A stretch of DNA of 64,000 nt, from the NCBI GenBank assembly GCA_964641255.1, contig CAZXMM010000001.1, positions 873,890 to 937,889 of the forward strand, given 5' to 3'. This stretch comes from an uncultured Gammaproteobacteria bacterium (GTDB lineage: Bacteria > Patescibacteriota > Microgenomatia > JAMCZE01). The notes under the pieces are model-generated. The model did not search any database and had not been told where the DNA came from. It saw only the letters and a program-made list of their open reading frames with translations. Positions 1-9,638 of this stretch are shown in pieces. A program made the position numbers and the translations under genes. How positions within the stretch are numbered: the first letter of the stretch is position 1; every line of letters begins with the position of its first letter.

Positions 1-504
1 GATATCTAATTTTTCCACGGTGTCATCGGTCCACTTTTGGATATCTTTTTCCCACCGTTTTTGAGTATCCTCATCCAGTTGTTCGCTTTTTAGTTCCTCT
101 AGAGTCTCGTGACGAATCTGCCTGGCCATGACTTTACCGCCCTCAGCCTTGCTCTTAGCGAGCTTGACATATTCTTCGCGCCTCTCTAAAGACAGAGCGG
201 GAATAATCACTCGGATTTGGTTATCGCTTTGAGTCGCGCTGACGCCCAAATTGGCTTCACCAATCGCTTTTTCGATCACTGAAAGATTGGTGATATCAAA
301 AGGAGTGACAACAAGAGTCGTGGGGTCAGCCACCATTATGGTCGCTAACTCGACTAGTTTCATCTTACTACCATAGGCATCCACCACTACCGCTTCAATA
401 AGTTGGGGTGAGGCCTTGCCGGTGCGAATGGTCGCCAGGTCACCTTTGACCAGCTCGACTACTTTGTGGAATTTTTGCTGGGACTGATTAATTAGTTGAT
501 CCAT
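1..504 (-). CDS. frr: Ribosome recycling factor (3' end runs off the window)
   Basis: Manual translation from ATG at 504: MDQLINQSQQKFHKVVELVKGDLATIRTGKASPQL...IRVIIPALSLERREEYVKLAK; directly downstream of tsf. Confidence 0.95.
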   Translation of the reverse strand, partial: MDQLINQSQQKFHKVVELVKGDLATIRTGKASPQLIEAVVVDAYGSKMKLVELATIMVADPTTLVVTPFDITNLSVIEKAIGEANLGVSATQSDNQIRVIIPALSLERREEYVKLAKSKAEGGKVMARQIRHETLEELKSEQLDEDTQKRWEKDIQKWTDDTVEKLDI

Positions 505-951
505 TTATATAGTGACGCGGCTGATAGCTCCCACTTTGATATTTTCACCAAGCTTACCGACCACTGCCTTTATCATATCAGAAATGGTGACTTTAGAGTC
601 ACGAATATATTCTTGTTTTAACAGTTCGTCTACTGTCTCGGCCTGCATCGAAGCTACTTGAAGAGCGAGCTCCTTGCCCAAATTAAGAAAGTCTTCCGTT
701 TTTGCTACGAAATCGGTTTCGCACTGCAGTGAAACGAGGACGCCAATTTTGCCGCCGTGAACATATGCGAAGACTTTTCCCTCGTGAGTTTCCCGGTCTG
801 CTTTCTTGGCCGCCCTCTCAATCCCCTTTTTCTTTAAAAACTCGGTGGCTTTTTCAAAATCACCTTGGGACTGATCCAGAGCTAGCCGGCAATCAGCAAT
901 CCCAGCGCCCGTATGTTCTCTTAATTTTTTGATATCATCAACACTCGCCAT
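505..951 (-). CDS. tsf: Elongation factor Ts (short form)
   Basis: IKKLREHTGAGIADC, CETDFVAK motifs; rpsB-tsf-frr synteny; start taken at MASVDD. Confidence 0.95.
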   Translation of the reverse strand: MASVDDIKKLREHTGAGIADCRLALDQSQGDFEKATEFLKKKGIERAAKKADRETHEGKVFAYVHGGKIGVLVSLQCETDFVAKTEDFLNLGKELALQVASMQAETVDELLKQEYIRDSKVTISDMIKAVVGKLGENIKVGAISRVTI

Positions 952-998
952 AAAGTTAAAGATCCAAGAAGCAATAATCAAGAGACAAGTCCCTAGTG

Positions 999-1742
999 TT
1001 AGTTTGTTTCTTGGGTCTTGGTGTTTATATCTTCCTTTTGTCTCTCTGCCAGTCCCTCAAGCCATGCCTCGGCCAAATAGTCAATAATTATTTTCAGCGA
1101 GCCAACCGCATCGTCGTTGGCGGGAATAGCCTCGGTTATTCCGGTGGGATTAGTGTTCGTGTCAACGATGCCCAGAACCTTAACTCCGGTGGCTACTGCT
1201 TCTCTGACCGCTCCTTCTTCCTTGCGGACATCAACCAGAAAAATGGTGGACGGAGTTTTTTTAAGACCCACCAAACCCCCGTAGACCTTTTTGTATTTTT
1301 CAAGCTTTCTTGAGGCTAAGAGTTTTTCTTTTTTAGTAACAAAAGCATCGGCGGTGATTTGATTTTCCAAATTAACTATCTCGTCCAGATTATTGCGTTT
1401 AATAACCTCAAAATTAGTTAGTAGTCCTCCGGGCCAACGCTCCAGGAGATAAAAAAAGTTGTTGTCGTGAGCAGCCTCGTTAATCCGCAACAAAATAGCG
1501 TCCATAATCTCTCGGGCCTGCCTTTTGGTAGCCACAAAGATAATGGGCTCATTAGCTTTAGCTAGCTCTTTAAACAGCTTGGCCGTTGCCACCAGTCCAG
1601 CTTTAGTTTTGGCTAGGTCAATAATGTGGACGCCGTCCCGGTTACCATAAATATAGTCTGAAGCTTTGGGATTCCAGCGGTTAGTTTGGTGACCAAAATG
1701 GCAACCAGCTTCCAGAAGTTCCTTTAGTGAAATATCTTTCAT
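999..1742 (-). CDS. rpsB: 30S ribosomal protein S2
   Basis: LLEAGCHFGHQTNRWNP, IPANDDA motifs. Confidence 0.98.
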   Translation of the reverse strand: MKDISLKELLEAGCHFGHQTNRWNPKASDYIYGNRDGVHIIDLAKTKAGLVATAKLFKELAKANEPIIFVATKRQAREIMDAILLRINEAAHDNNFFYLLERWPGGLLTNFEVIKRNNLDEIVNLENQITADAFVTKKEKLLASRKLEKYKKVYGGLVGLKKTPSTIFLVDVRKEEGAVREAVATGVKVLGIVDTNTNPTGITEAIPANDDAVGSLKIIIDYLAEAWLEGLAERQKEDINTKTQETN

Positions 1743-1748
1743 ATGTTT

Positions 1749-1803
1749 AATCCCTTAATCCGCCATTCAGCAATAGGTATATATCAGGGATTCACGCTGA
1801 ATG
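1749..1803 (-). promoter_or_regulatory. Putative rpsB 5' leader (interleaved stems, pseudoknot-like; possible S2 autoregulation)
   Basis: Perfect complementary pairs 1764-1771/1796-1803 (CATTCAGC/GCTGAATG) and 1749-1755/1786-1792 (AATCCCT/AGGGATT), interleaved, immediately upstream of rpsB. Confidence 0.6.
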
Positions 1804-1813
1804 TGAGTGATAG

Positions 1814-2602
1814 CTACATTGTAGCAGCCTCGAGTGTATTTTCCAAGAGTGAAACGACCGTCATGGGTCCGACCCCTCCTGGAACCGGAGTAATAAAAGA
1901 GGCGATTTTGGACACCTCACCAAAATCCACCTCCGCCTGGGGAGCACCACAGTCAATCACCACAGCACCCTTCTTAACCATGTCTTTGGTCACGAGCCCG
2001 GCCTGGCCGGTTGCTACTACTAAAATATCCGCCGCTTTAGTCAAAGCAATAAGTTCTTCACGGCTAGTAGCGTGGTCACATAAATTTAGCTTAGCTACCT
2101 GGTTTCTCACCGCTTCGCCCAGCGGATAACCGACGAGTTCTCCCTGGCCGACAATAGTCATTGTTGACGAGCTTAGATCAACTCCGACTGTAGCTAATAA
2201 ATCAAGGACCGCCCTAACGGTAGCCGGTAAAAAAAGTTTGCCCCGGCCCAAGCCATCGACGTCTTTGGCAGGCAAAACGGCATCTAAAAATTCTTGTTGA
2301 TCTGCCTCCAGGTGCTTAGGTAGAGGCAGCTGAAGAAGAATACCAGTGACACTTGGGTCAGTATTGAGCCGGGTAATGGTCTTTAGTAGTTCCTCCCGAC
2401 TGACTCCCTCAGTTAGAGAAATAATCTCACTCTCAATCCCGACCTCTAAAGCGCGTTTTTTCTTTAAAGTGACATAAGTCTGGCTAGCCCGATCCTGTCC
2501 CACTAAAACCGCCACCAGTTTAGGTTTGGTTTCCATGCTTTGTATCTTGTTTTTTAGATTTTTTAATTTCCGTGAGGCGATCTCTCTCCCGTCAATGGTC
2601 AT
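1814..2602 (-). CDS. folD: Methylenetetrahydrofolate dehydrogenase/cyclohydrolase
   Basis: GILLQLPLP, KDVDG, ITPVPGGVGPMTV motifs. Confidence 0.95.
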   Translation of the reverse strand: MTIDGREIASRKLKNLKNKIQSMETKPKLVAVLVGQDRASQTYVTLKKKRALEVGIESEIISLTEGVSREELLKTITRLNTDPSVTGILLQLPLPKHLEADQQEFLDAVLPAKDVDGLGRGKLFLPATVRAVLDLLATVGVDLSSSTMTIVGQGELVGYPLGEAVRNQVAKLNLCDHATSREELIALTKAADILVVATGQAGLVTKDMVKKGAVVIDCGAPQAEVDFGEVSKIASFITPVPGGVGPMTVVSLLENTLEAATM

Positions 2603-2656
2603 ATTTTTAGTGTAATGTTAGATTGTAGAAATAACCAGCTCTGGCCATAGAAGCTG

Positions 2657-2863
2657 CTAACTGGATTCTTCAGTAGACGAATCTCCTTTTGTTTTTGGAG
2701 CTTGTTTGGCTCTAGACAGCCTGGCAGCTCGACGAATAGCCGCCAACAGCAAATTCTTTTTAACGTCCTTAGCTTTGGCAGAACCTTTCCCTTGTGTCAC
2801 TTGCGAGTCGACAACATAATTGCCGGCATTTTCAATATTTCTGCCCCCTTCGCTTCTAGGCAT
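2657..2863 (-). CDS. Small basic hypothetical protein
   Basis: 68-aa ORF filling the gap in operon orientation; no recognisable motif. Confidence 0.4.
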   Translation of the reverse strand: MPRSEGGRNIENAGNYVVDSQVTQGKGSAKAKDVKKNLLLAAIRRAARLSRAKQAPKTKGDSSTEESS

Positions 2864-2938
2864 AGCAACTATTCACTAATAAATAATATTTAACAGATTA
2901 TACTATAAGATTACGGGTTTGGGTATCGTCCTGATTCT

Positions 2939-4264
2939 TTATTGAAATCTTTTCGTGAGTAATATAACTCGACTAGAGATGCCCTTAAGCTTAACACTTT
3001 CCTCTAATTCCCTTTGGGCAATCTGAAAAAACCTTGCTCTTTTTTCCTTGTCCTGCAAATCGTTCACATTATTGTATGGTTTCACCTCGGCAATGACCTC
3101 GGCAATCCAGGCGGCGATTTTTTTCATCTCTCTTTCTTTTAGTCCAAGAGTCGTAATCGCCGGAGTCCCCAGTCTCACTCCAGAACTATAAAACGGCGGA
3201 AAGATTTCCCCTGGGACGGTATTTTTGTTGGCCACAATGCCAGCCAGTTCCAAAGCATAGGCCACAATGTTGCCCATTTTCTTTTGCGCCCGCAGGTCAA
3301 TCACCAGCAAATGATTGTCAGTCCCTCCGGAAACCAAGTTTACTCCCCGCTTCATGAGTTCTTCCGAAAGCACTTTGGCGTTTTTGACAATTTGCTGTGA
3401 ATATCTTTTGAACGCTGGTGTGGCCGCTTCTTTGAGACAAACCGCAATGCCGGCAATGGTGTTGTTGTGTGGTCCACCTTGCAACCCAGGAATAATTGCC
3501 GAGTCAATTTTATCTCCCATCTTGGGATCCAGTTTCAATCCTTTTTCAGTCACCAAAATGAGTGCTCCTCTGGGGCCCCGCAGCGTTTTGTGAGTCGTGG
3601 CCATGATGACATGGGCGTAGGGAACGGGACTGGGGTGCACTCCGCCAACAATCAGTCCGGCAATATGGGAAACGTCGGCTAGTAATATTGCGCCTACTTT
3701 GTCAGCTATTTGGGCAAAGCACTTAAACTCCAACGTTCTGGGATAAGCCGTCGTCCCAGCGATAATCATTTTGGGTTTTTCTTGGAGAGCGAGTTTTTCA
3801 AGTTTGTCATAATCAATTCTTCCATCCTCTTCGACACTATACTGGACCGAATTAAATATTTTCCCTGAAAAGGTCACTTTGGGGTGACCATGAGTCAGGT
3901 GTCCGCCGGAAGACAGTGCCAAACCCATGATTTTGTCTCCTGGCTCAAGAAGGGCAAACATGATGGCACTATTGGCTGGAGACCCGGAGTAAGCTTGGAC
4001 ATTAGCGTAAGGCACACCAAAAAGCTTTTTTGCTCTATCAATAGCGAGTTGTTCCACTTCATCCACCACTTTGTTTCCCTGATAGTAACGCTTACGAGGA
4101 TAACCCTCTGAGTATTTATCGGTAAGTACTGAAGATAAGGTTTCCCTCACTGCGAATGAAGCAAAGTTTTCTGATGGGATCATCTCAAGGACAGATTTCT
4201 GACGCTTTTCCTCAGCCGCTATGAGTTTGGCAATTTGTGGATCAACTTGTTTAAGTTTTTTCAT
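2939..4264 (-). CDS. glyA: Serine hydroxymethyltransferase
   Basis: MIPSENF, KYSEGYPRKRYYQG, GGHLTHG, TTHKTLRGPRG. Confidence 0.98.
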   Translation of the reverse strand: MKKLKQVDPQIAKLIAAEEKRQKSVLEMIPSENFASFAVRETLSSVLTDKYSEGYPRKRYYQGNKVVDEVEQLAIDRAKKLFGVPYANVQAYSGSPANSAIMFALLEPGDKIMGLALSSGGHLTHGHPKVTFSGKIFNSVQYSVEEDGRIDYDKLEKLALQEKPKMIIAGTTAYPRTLEFKCFAQIADKVGAILLADVSHIAGLIVGGVHPSPVPYAHVIMATTHKTLRGPRGALILVTEKGLKLDPKMGDKIDSAIIPGLQGGPHNNTIAGIAVCLKEAATPAFKRYSQQIVKNAKVLSEELMKRGVNLVSGGTDNHLLVIDLRAQKKMGNIVAYALELAGIVANKNTVPGEIFPPFYSSGVRLGTPAITTLGLKEREMKKIAAWIAEVIAEVKPYNNVNDLQDKEKRARFFQIAQRELEESVKLKGISSRVILLTKRFQ

Positions 4265-4913
4265 TAGTTTTTTCCTTAACCAATTCTAACACAAGTCGGT
4301 AAACGTCTTCGTGCACCGTGAGTACTTCCCGGTCACCATTGACCGCTTTAACAATTCGCGGAAACTTTTTAACCAGGAAACGCTCTCCCTCTTTGACCCG
4401 CTTGTAGAAAGCGGTACCAAGAGTTTCTAACCGATCCCCCTCACCATCTGACAGGCGACTTAGGCACTTCTTCATTGGGACGTCAAGAAGAATAACTTTA
4501 TACGGCCACATATCCCCGACAGCAATTTTGTTAATTTCCATTACCGTCTTAAATCCCAATTTATGACCAAAGCCCTGATTGGCAATACTTGTAAAAAAAG
4601 ACCTGTCTGCAATTACTATGCCTCCCTTATCAAGGTTAGGTCGGACAACTCTTCTTAAAGTCTGGGCTCTCGAAGATGCGTAGAGATATTGCTCGCAAAT
4701 CGGTTCGATGACCTCATCAAAGTTTGTCCCTTGGACGACTTTTCTGATATGGTCAGCAATCTCTGATCCACCGGGTTCTTTGGTAACAACAATTAGCTTT
4801 TTAGGAAACTCCTTTTTAAGTCGGTCGGCCAAAAGTTTGACCTGGGTACTTTTGCCGGATCCCACCATACCTTCAAAAACGATATAGAGTCCTTTTTTCG
4901 CTTTAGCTTTCAT
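4251..4913 (-). CDS. tmk: Thymidylate kinase
   Basis: FEGMVGSGKSTQ P-loop, TKEPGG, IADR. Confidence 0.95.
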   Translation of the reverse strand: MKAKAKKGLYIVFEGMVGSGKSTQVKLLADRLKKEFPKKLIVVTKEPGGSEIADHIRKVVQGTNFDEVIEPICEQYLYASSRAQTLRRVVRPNLDKGGIVIADRSFFTSIANQGFGHKLGFKTVMEINKIAVGDMWPYKVILLDVPMKKCLSRLSDGEGDRLETLGTAFYKRVKEGERFLVKKFPRIVKAVNGDREVLTVHEDVYRLVLELVKEKTNEKT

Positions 4914-5500
4914 GTTTTTTTGATCATCCTTTTTTTAACCGCTTCTTTTTTCAACTCTTCATAATAGTTCATTAAGGTTTGACTGAATACTAACTTGTCA
5001 GCTAGTAAACTGTCGAGGTGACTGGTGGTTCCCTTGACATCGTGCCAGGCTTGTTTAGTAATCATTCTTTGAATCACGCCGCTGATCTTATCCATCGCTC
5101 GCACCGTTTTGGCCTCCAGAGTTTTCAGCGCCTCGAATTCTGTCCAAAGACTGGTGAATTCTTTTTTTAAGGCAGGGGGTAAAGTGCTAAAAAACTTTCT
5201 GGCTGCTTTATCCTCTTTTGCTTCCTTCTTTTTTCGCAGCACGGGATCAAAAATGGAAGCATCGCCAACTACAATCTCCACTAGATCGTGCATGAGAGCC
5301 ATCTTGATCATTTTGTTAAGATCCAATTTTTTTCCAAATTCTTTTTCCAAAGTTCCTGCCAGCAACCAGCACATCATTCCCACCGACCAACTGTGTTCCG
5401 CAGCATTTTCTAATCTTCCCACCGACCCATTAACTGCCCTGTTAACGTCTTTGAGTTTATTTGTGTCCCAAATGAACTTTTTTAAATTTTTTGACAGCAT
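4910..5500 (-). CDS. HD-domain hydrolase (YfbR/HDDC2-like 5'-deoxynucleotidase family)
   Basis: ENAAEHSW, MALMHDLVE..GD, EAKTVRAMDK. Confidence 0.85.
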   Translation of the reverse strand: MLSKNLKKFIWDTNKLKDVNRAVNGSVGRLENAAEHSWSVGMMCWLLAGTLEKEFGKKLDLNKMIKMALMHDLVEIVVGDASIFDPVLRKKKEAKEDKAARKFFSTLPPALKKEFTSLWTEFEALKTLEAKTVRAMDKISGVIQRMITKQAWHDVKGTTSHLDSLLADKLVFSQTLMNYYEELKKEAVKKRMIKKT

Positions 5501-5503
5501 AGA

Positions 5504-7315
5504 TTAATTTTTGATTCCCAGCTCGGTCTTTTTCCGTTCAATTTTCTTTTCTGACTCGCGGCGGGCTAAAGTGTAGTTACTGTTATCTACTAACAGCCCG
5601 GCAAAAACCAGGGGGGAGGACTGAGTGGCCAGTCTAGCTATCTTTTGACAGAGCATTCTATAAAACGGCCTGCCCTGGGGACCGGTGCGCAGTTCCACCA
5701 TCCAGTAAATTTCTCTCGCCGTCAGATTCATATACCAATGTTGAATGTAGCCAAAAGGCACCACATACTGAGCGAGATAGGGTGACACTTTGGACAAGTG
5801 ATCGTAGAGTTTGGCCGCCCTCTTTAACACCGTCTCGATCTCTTTTTTAAATGGCGACTCCTGCACTTCTTTTTCCAGATCAAACCCCCACTTGGTAGTG
5901 AACAGTTGTCTATCCTGAGTGTTCATCCGGTGACGGTGTAAATCTCGGTAGTCCCCGCCCCGGCCCCACAATTCAAAAAAATAGTTAGCGTTTTCAAACG
6001 CCCGTGGCACCTTTCTAAACCGATCAGAGAAGCGCTCGGGAATTTTTTTCCCCAAACTACGTTCTTTAAAAATCGCTTGAAAAAATTCTGCCTTTTGTTT
6101 CTGGGAAAGCTTTTTGACTGCTTTTTTGACCTCTGACAACTGGGCTAGTGTCTCCCCTGTTCCTAAAAAAGAAGTCAGTATCATGTCCTCTGGAGTGTTT
6201 GATAGAGAGAGAAGTTTGACCCACTGGCCCTTAAAAATGGGTGCTCTTTGACTAACTTTTAACTGCTTTTGCAGCTGTGCTTTGAGGATCCTTAGATTGG
6301 CCTTAAAGTACTGTACCTGCGCCCCTCTTTCGGTTTTGGACCTCGTCACAAAAGATGGAACCACCAGTTCTAGTTCAGCAGCTATTGCTTGGCCCCAAAA
6401 TCTTAGCTCGCCTAAGGGATGAGTGATGAGTTTGTTGATTAAGTCCTCATAAACCCGGCCGTTACCACTAAGGGCAACGTTAGTCTTAGTCGCAAACGGC
6501 AGTAAATCACGGATGTCATCAAAACGTTTGGCCCCGCGGGAATTTTTAAATGATCCTGGGGTTTCGTCGCTGCCTTGAGGGTAGCGCTCCATAATGTAGC
6601 TTAGATAGGGCTCAGCTATTTGGGTATAGGTTTTGAATAAATCATTCATGCACCTCCTATATTGCCTCTCCCATTTGGTCTTTTTGATTTCTCCTGGGAC
6701 CAAATACTTAAATGACCCGTCTCGTTCTTTGTCAAAGAAAGAAACATAGCGAGTTGATTTCTCAATTAGAGATAAGCCAATTCGTTTATCCACAATTTCT
6801 TGCAGGGCCACATTGGAAATTCCCTCAAGACATAGATGCACCGTCCCCATTTCAGCAATTGAGTCGTCCCCATAATCGGCGAGCCACTTATCAAAAAACT
6901 TTCTGGCGCGCTGCACATTAGCCACTGACTCTACTCCGCCGTTTTTGTTGATAAAGGAAATATAGGCCAGAAATTTCCGCTTCGTCGACTGGCGCAATTT
7001 TTTTTCTGCTGGGGAAATTTCATTCCAGTCCTTTTCGTTTTCTGGAAAAATAATTGGGCCAACGTATTCATCTAAAAACATTCGCCTCAAACTTTTGGTT
7101 GAGCGACTGTAGCGAGATGACAGAGCCCCGATGACCTCCTCTGGCAGATGAGACACCACAAACAGTGGCCGATCAACATTACTAAAAAACGGGAAAAGAA
7201 ATTTTTTCTCCGTTCGAGTAAATGGTTCAGGAGAAAAAGCTGGCGCGTATTTTTTGCAATCTTCGTCGATTGGCAAAATTGTCAGTTGATAACTGCGCTT
7301 AGCTTTTTTTGGCAT
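5504..7315 (-). CDS. thyX: Flavin-dependent thymidylate synthase, double-length form
   Basis: YGDDSIAE, EKSTRY, RDLLP in N-half; YRDLHRHR, YVVPFG, ELRTGPQG in C-half; lies between dcd and tmk. Confidence 0.85.
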   Translation of the reverse strand: MPKKAKRSYQLTILPIDEDCKKYAPAFSPEPFTRTEKKFLFPFFSNVDRPLFVVSHLPEEVIGALSSRYSRSTKSLRRMFLDEYVGPIIFPENEKDWNEISPAEKKLRQSTKRKFLAYISFINKNGGVESVANVQRARKFFDKWLADYGDDSIAEMGTVHLCLEGISNVALQEIVDKRIGLSLIEKSTRYVSFFDKERDGSFKYLVPGEIKKTKWERQYRRCMNDLFKTYTQIAEPYLSYIMERYPQGSDETPGSFKNSRGAKRFDDIRDLLPFATKTNVALSGNGRVYEDLINKLITHPLGELRFWGQAIAAELELVVPSFVTRSKTERGAQVQYFKANLRILKAQLQKQLKVSQRAPIFKGQWVKLLSLSNTPEDMILTSFLGTGETLAQLSEVKKAVKKLSQKQKAEFFQAIFKERSLGKKIPERFSDRFRKVPRAFENANYFFELWGRGGDYRDLHRHRMNTQDRQLFTTKWGFDLEKEVQESPFKKEIETVLKRAAKLYDHLSKVSPYLAQYVVPFGYIQHWYMNLTAREIYWMVELRTGPQGRPFYRMLCQKIARLATQSSPLVFAGLLVDNSNYTLARRESEKKIERKKTELGIKN

Positions 7316-7910
7316 TGGTTTTTGGTGAAGTAACCTTTCTTACCCCGCGTACAAATTCACGAAACAGCCGTGATTCAGTTGGGCCAGACTGACCCTGGTA
7401 TTTGCTACCCAGCTCTCTAGAACCATAAGGACGGTCAGCAGGAGTCGAGAGAAAATGGAAACTCATCTGCCCTATCTTCATCCCGGGATAAAGAGCAATG
7501 GGAATGTTAGCCAGATTGGACATCTCTAAAGTTCCGGTTCCCCGAAAACCTGGGTCAAAATAGCCGGCGGTCGCGTGCACCACGATACCTAGTCGCGCCA
7601 GACTGCTTTTGCCCTCTAGCCTACCGACCAGGTCGCTTGGAAATTCAAAGTATTCCATGGTTTCTCCCAAAATAAACTCACCAGGGTGGATGATTAAGGG
7701 TTCGTCGTCTTTTAACTTAACTAGCTCCATAAAATCATCGACGGGATGGCGAACATCCAAAAACGCTTTTTTAGTATTTCGGAAAATGCGAAATGTATTA
7801 GCCAGCCTTAAGTTGTAAGAACTGGGTTGGATGAGTTCTGGTTTAAAGGGAGCAATGATTAGTTTTTTGCTTTTAACCAACTCCTTGATTGACCGATCAG
7901 AAAGTACCAT
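7299..7910 (-). CDS. dcd: dCTP deaminase
   Basis: IQPSSYNLRL, GKSSLARLG, AGYFDPGFRG, SKYQGQ. Confidence 0.95.
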   Translation of the reverse strand: MVLSDRSIKELVKSKKLIIAPFKPELIQPSSYNLRLANTFRIFRNTKKAFLDVRHPVDDFMELVKLKDDEPLIIHPGEFILGETMEYFEFPSDLVGRLEGKSSLARLGIVVHATAGYFDPGFRGTGTLEMSNLANIPIALYPGMKIGQMSFHFLSTPADRPYGSRELGSKYQGQSGPTESRLFREFVRGVRKVTSPKTNAKKS

Positions 7911-7913
7911 TTT

Positions 7914-9599
7914 CTATATTGATTTAGCTAATTTTGTTTCGGATTGCTCGAGAAAGTTTAAAAAGAGAGGGTGAGGTGATAAGGGCCTTGACTGTAACTC
8001 CGGATGATACTGTGTGGCCACGAAAAAGGGGTGGTTAGCAATCTCAATAGCTTCTACCAGTTTTCCGTCAGGCGATTCGCCGGAAATAATTAAACCAGCT
8101 TTCTCGAGTCTGGCCCTAAAGGCATTATTAAATTCATACCGATGACGGTGTCGCTCCAGTATTGTTTTACCAACAACATACTCTTTTGCGAACTGTGCAT
8201 ACTTTTTATAACTCTTGGCAAGCTGTTTTCCTTTTGGTGAGATTTTGGTAGGCCATTGCCCCAAACGAATCGTGCCACCATACTGCTTCTTTGCTAAATA
8301 GGCGGCTTGGTCGGGCATGATATGAACCACAGGAAACTTGGTTTTGGGATCAGCCTCAGTAGTATTAGCCCCTTTCATCCCCAAGACATTCCTAGCAAAT
8401 TCAATGACCGCCATTTGCATGCCAAAACACAGTCCCAGATAAGGGAGCTTATTTTCCCTCGCGTACTGAATGGCCCGGATTTTCCCCTCTACTCCCCGAC
8501 TACCCCACCCCTGAGGAACGATGAGACCCGAGATTCCACTAAACAGCCTGGTCACCTCTTGGTCAGTCTTGTTTTCTAAATCGTCAGTGTTAATCCAGCG
8601 GAGCTTTGGCTTAAGACCCAAATTAATGCCGGCGTGTTTAATGGCCTCGGTAACACAAACATAGGAATCGGCTAGATTAAATTCCCCGGATTTATAATAC
8701 TTGGCGGCGATGGCAATCTCCACGGTTTTTAAATTAGGCTGCTTACTTCTAGTCACAAACCCTTGCCAGTCTTTAAGATTCGCTTTGGCAATTTTTAACC
8801 CCAAAATTTTTAAGACGGCTTCGTCGATGGTCTGTTGACTATTGTTCAGAAGGAGGGGTATTTCATAGACACTCTCCACATCAGGAGCCCCAAAGATATT
8901 TTCCGGCCTGACACTAGTAAATAACGCCAGTCTGGCTAACCGCCTCGTATCGATTGGTTTTTCCGACCGAGCGACTAAGATATCCGGGTGAATACCCATC
9001 CCGTTTAAAATATGAACTGAGGTTTGGGCTGGTTTACTTTTCAGCTCTCCTAGACTAGCAATTAGTGGCAGATAGGTCACATGGATATGGCCCACATCAC
9101 CGGGATTTTTTAAAGTTAGGATTCTGCTGGCCTCGAAAAATATTCCATTTTGGTACTCGCCCACGGTTCCACCCAGTTCTACCAGTACAATATCGGCTCT
9201 TTTTTCCTTGCCAGCCTCCTTGATCCGCCTGATAATTTCATCAGTAACATGAGGCACAGCTTCGACGTCTTCGCCTTCGTATTCGAGGGCTCGTTCCTTA
9301 CGGATCACCTCCTGATAAATCTGGCCAGTAGTAATATAGTTGGCCCGAGACATATTCTCGTTTAAATACCGCTCGTAATGACCCAGGTCTTCGTCGGCCT
9401 CTAACCCGTCAGTCGTGACAAATGTCTCACCATGTTCCAGAGGTCTGATTGTCCCAGCATCAACGTTTAGATACATGTCGATCTTAACTGGAGCTACGGT
9501 GTAACCACGAGACTTTAACAGAAGCGCTAGGGAGGCTGAAGTTATACCTTTTCCCAGACCAGAGATTACTCCGCCAGATACAAAAATAAACTTCATCAA
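7914..9599 (-). CDS. pyrG: CTP synthase
   Basis: GGVISGLGKG, KSKPAQ, GLCFGMQ, ERHRHRYE, QYHPE. Confidence 0.98.
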   Translation of the reverse strand: MMKFIFVSGGVISGLGKGITSASLALLLKSRGYTVAPVKIDMYLNVDAGTIRPLEHGETFVTTDGLEADEDLGHYERYLNENMSRANYITTGQIYQEVIRKERALEYEGEDVEAVPHVTDEIIRRIKEAGKEKRADIVLVELGGTVGEYQNGIFFEASRILTLKNPGDVGHIHVTYLPLIASLGELKSKPAQTSVHILNGMGIHPDILVARSEKPIDTRRLARLALFTSVRPENIFGAPDVESVYEIPLLLNNSQQTIDEAVLKILGLKIAKANLKDWQGFVTRSKQPNLKTVEIAIAAKYYKSGEFNLADSYVCVTEAIKHAGINLGLKPKLRWINTDDLENKTDQEVTRLFSGISGLIVPQGWGSRGVEGKIRAIQYARENKLPYLGLCFGMQMAVIEFARNVLGMKGANTTEADPKTKFPVVHIMPDQAAYLAKKQYGGTIRLGQWPTKISPKGKQLAKSYKKYAQFAKEYVVGKTILERHRHRYEFNNAFRARLEKAGLIISGESPDGKLVEAIEIANHPFFVATQYHPELQSRPLSPHPLFLNFLEQSETKLAKSI

Positions 9600-9638
9600 G
9601 AAAGAAAATTAACAGAGAGTGAGAACTTACACAAGAGA

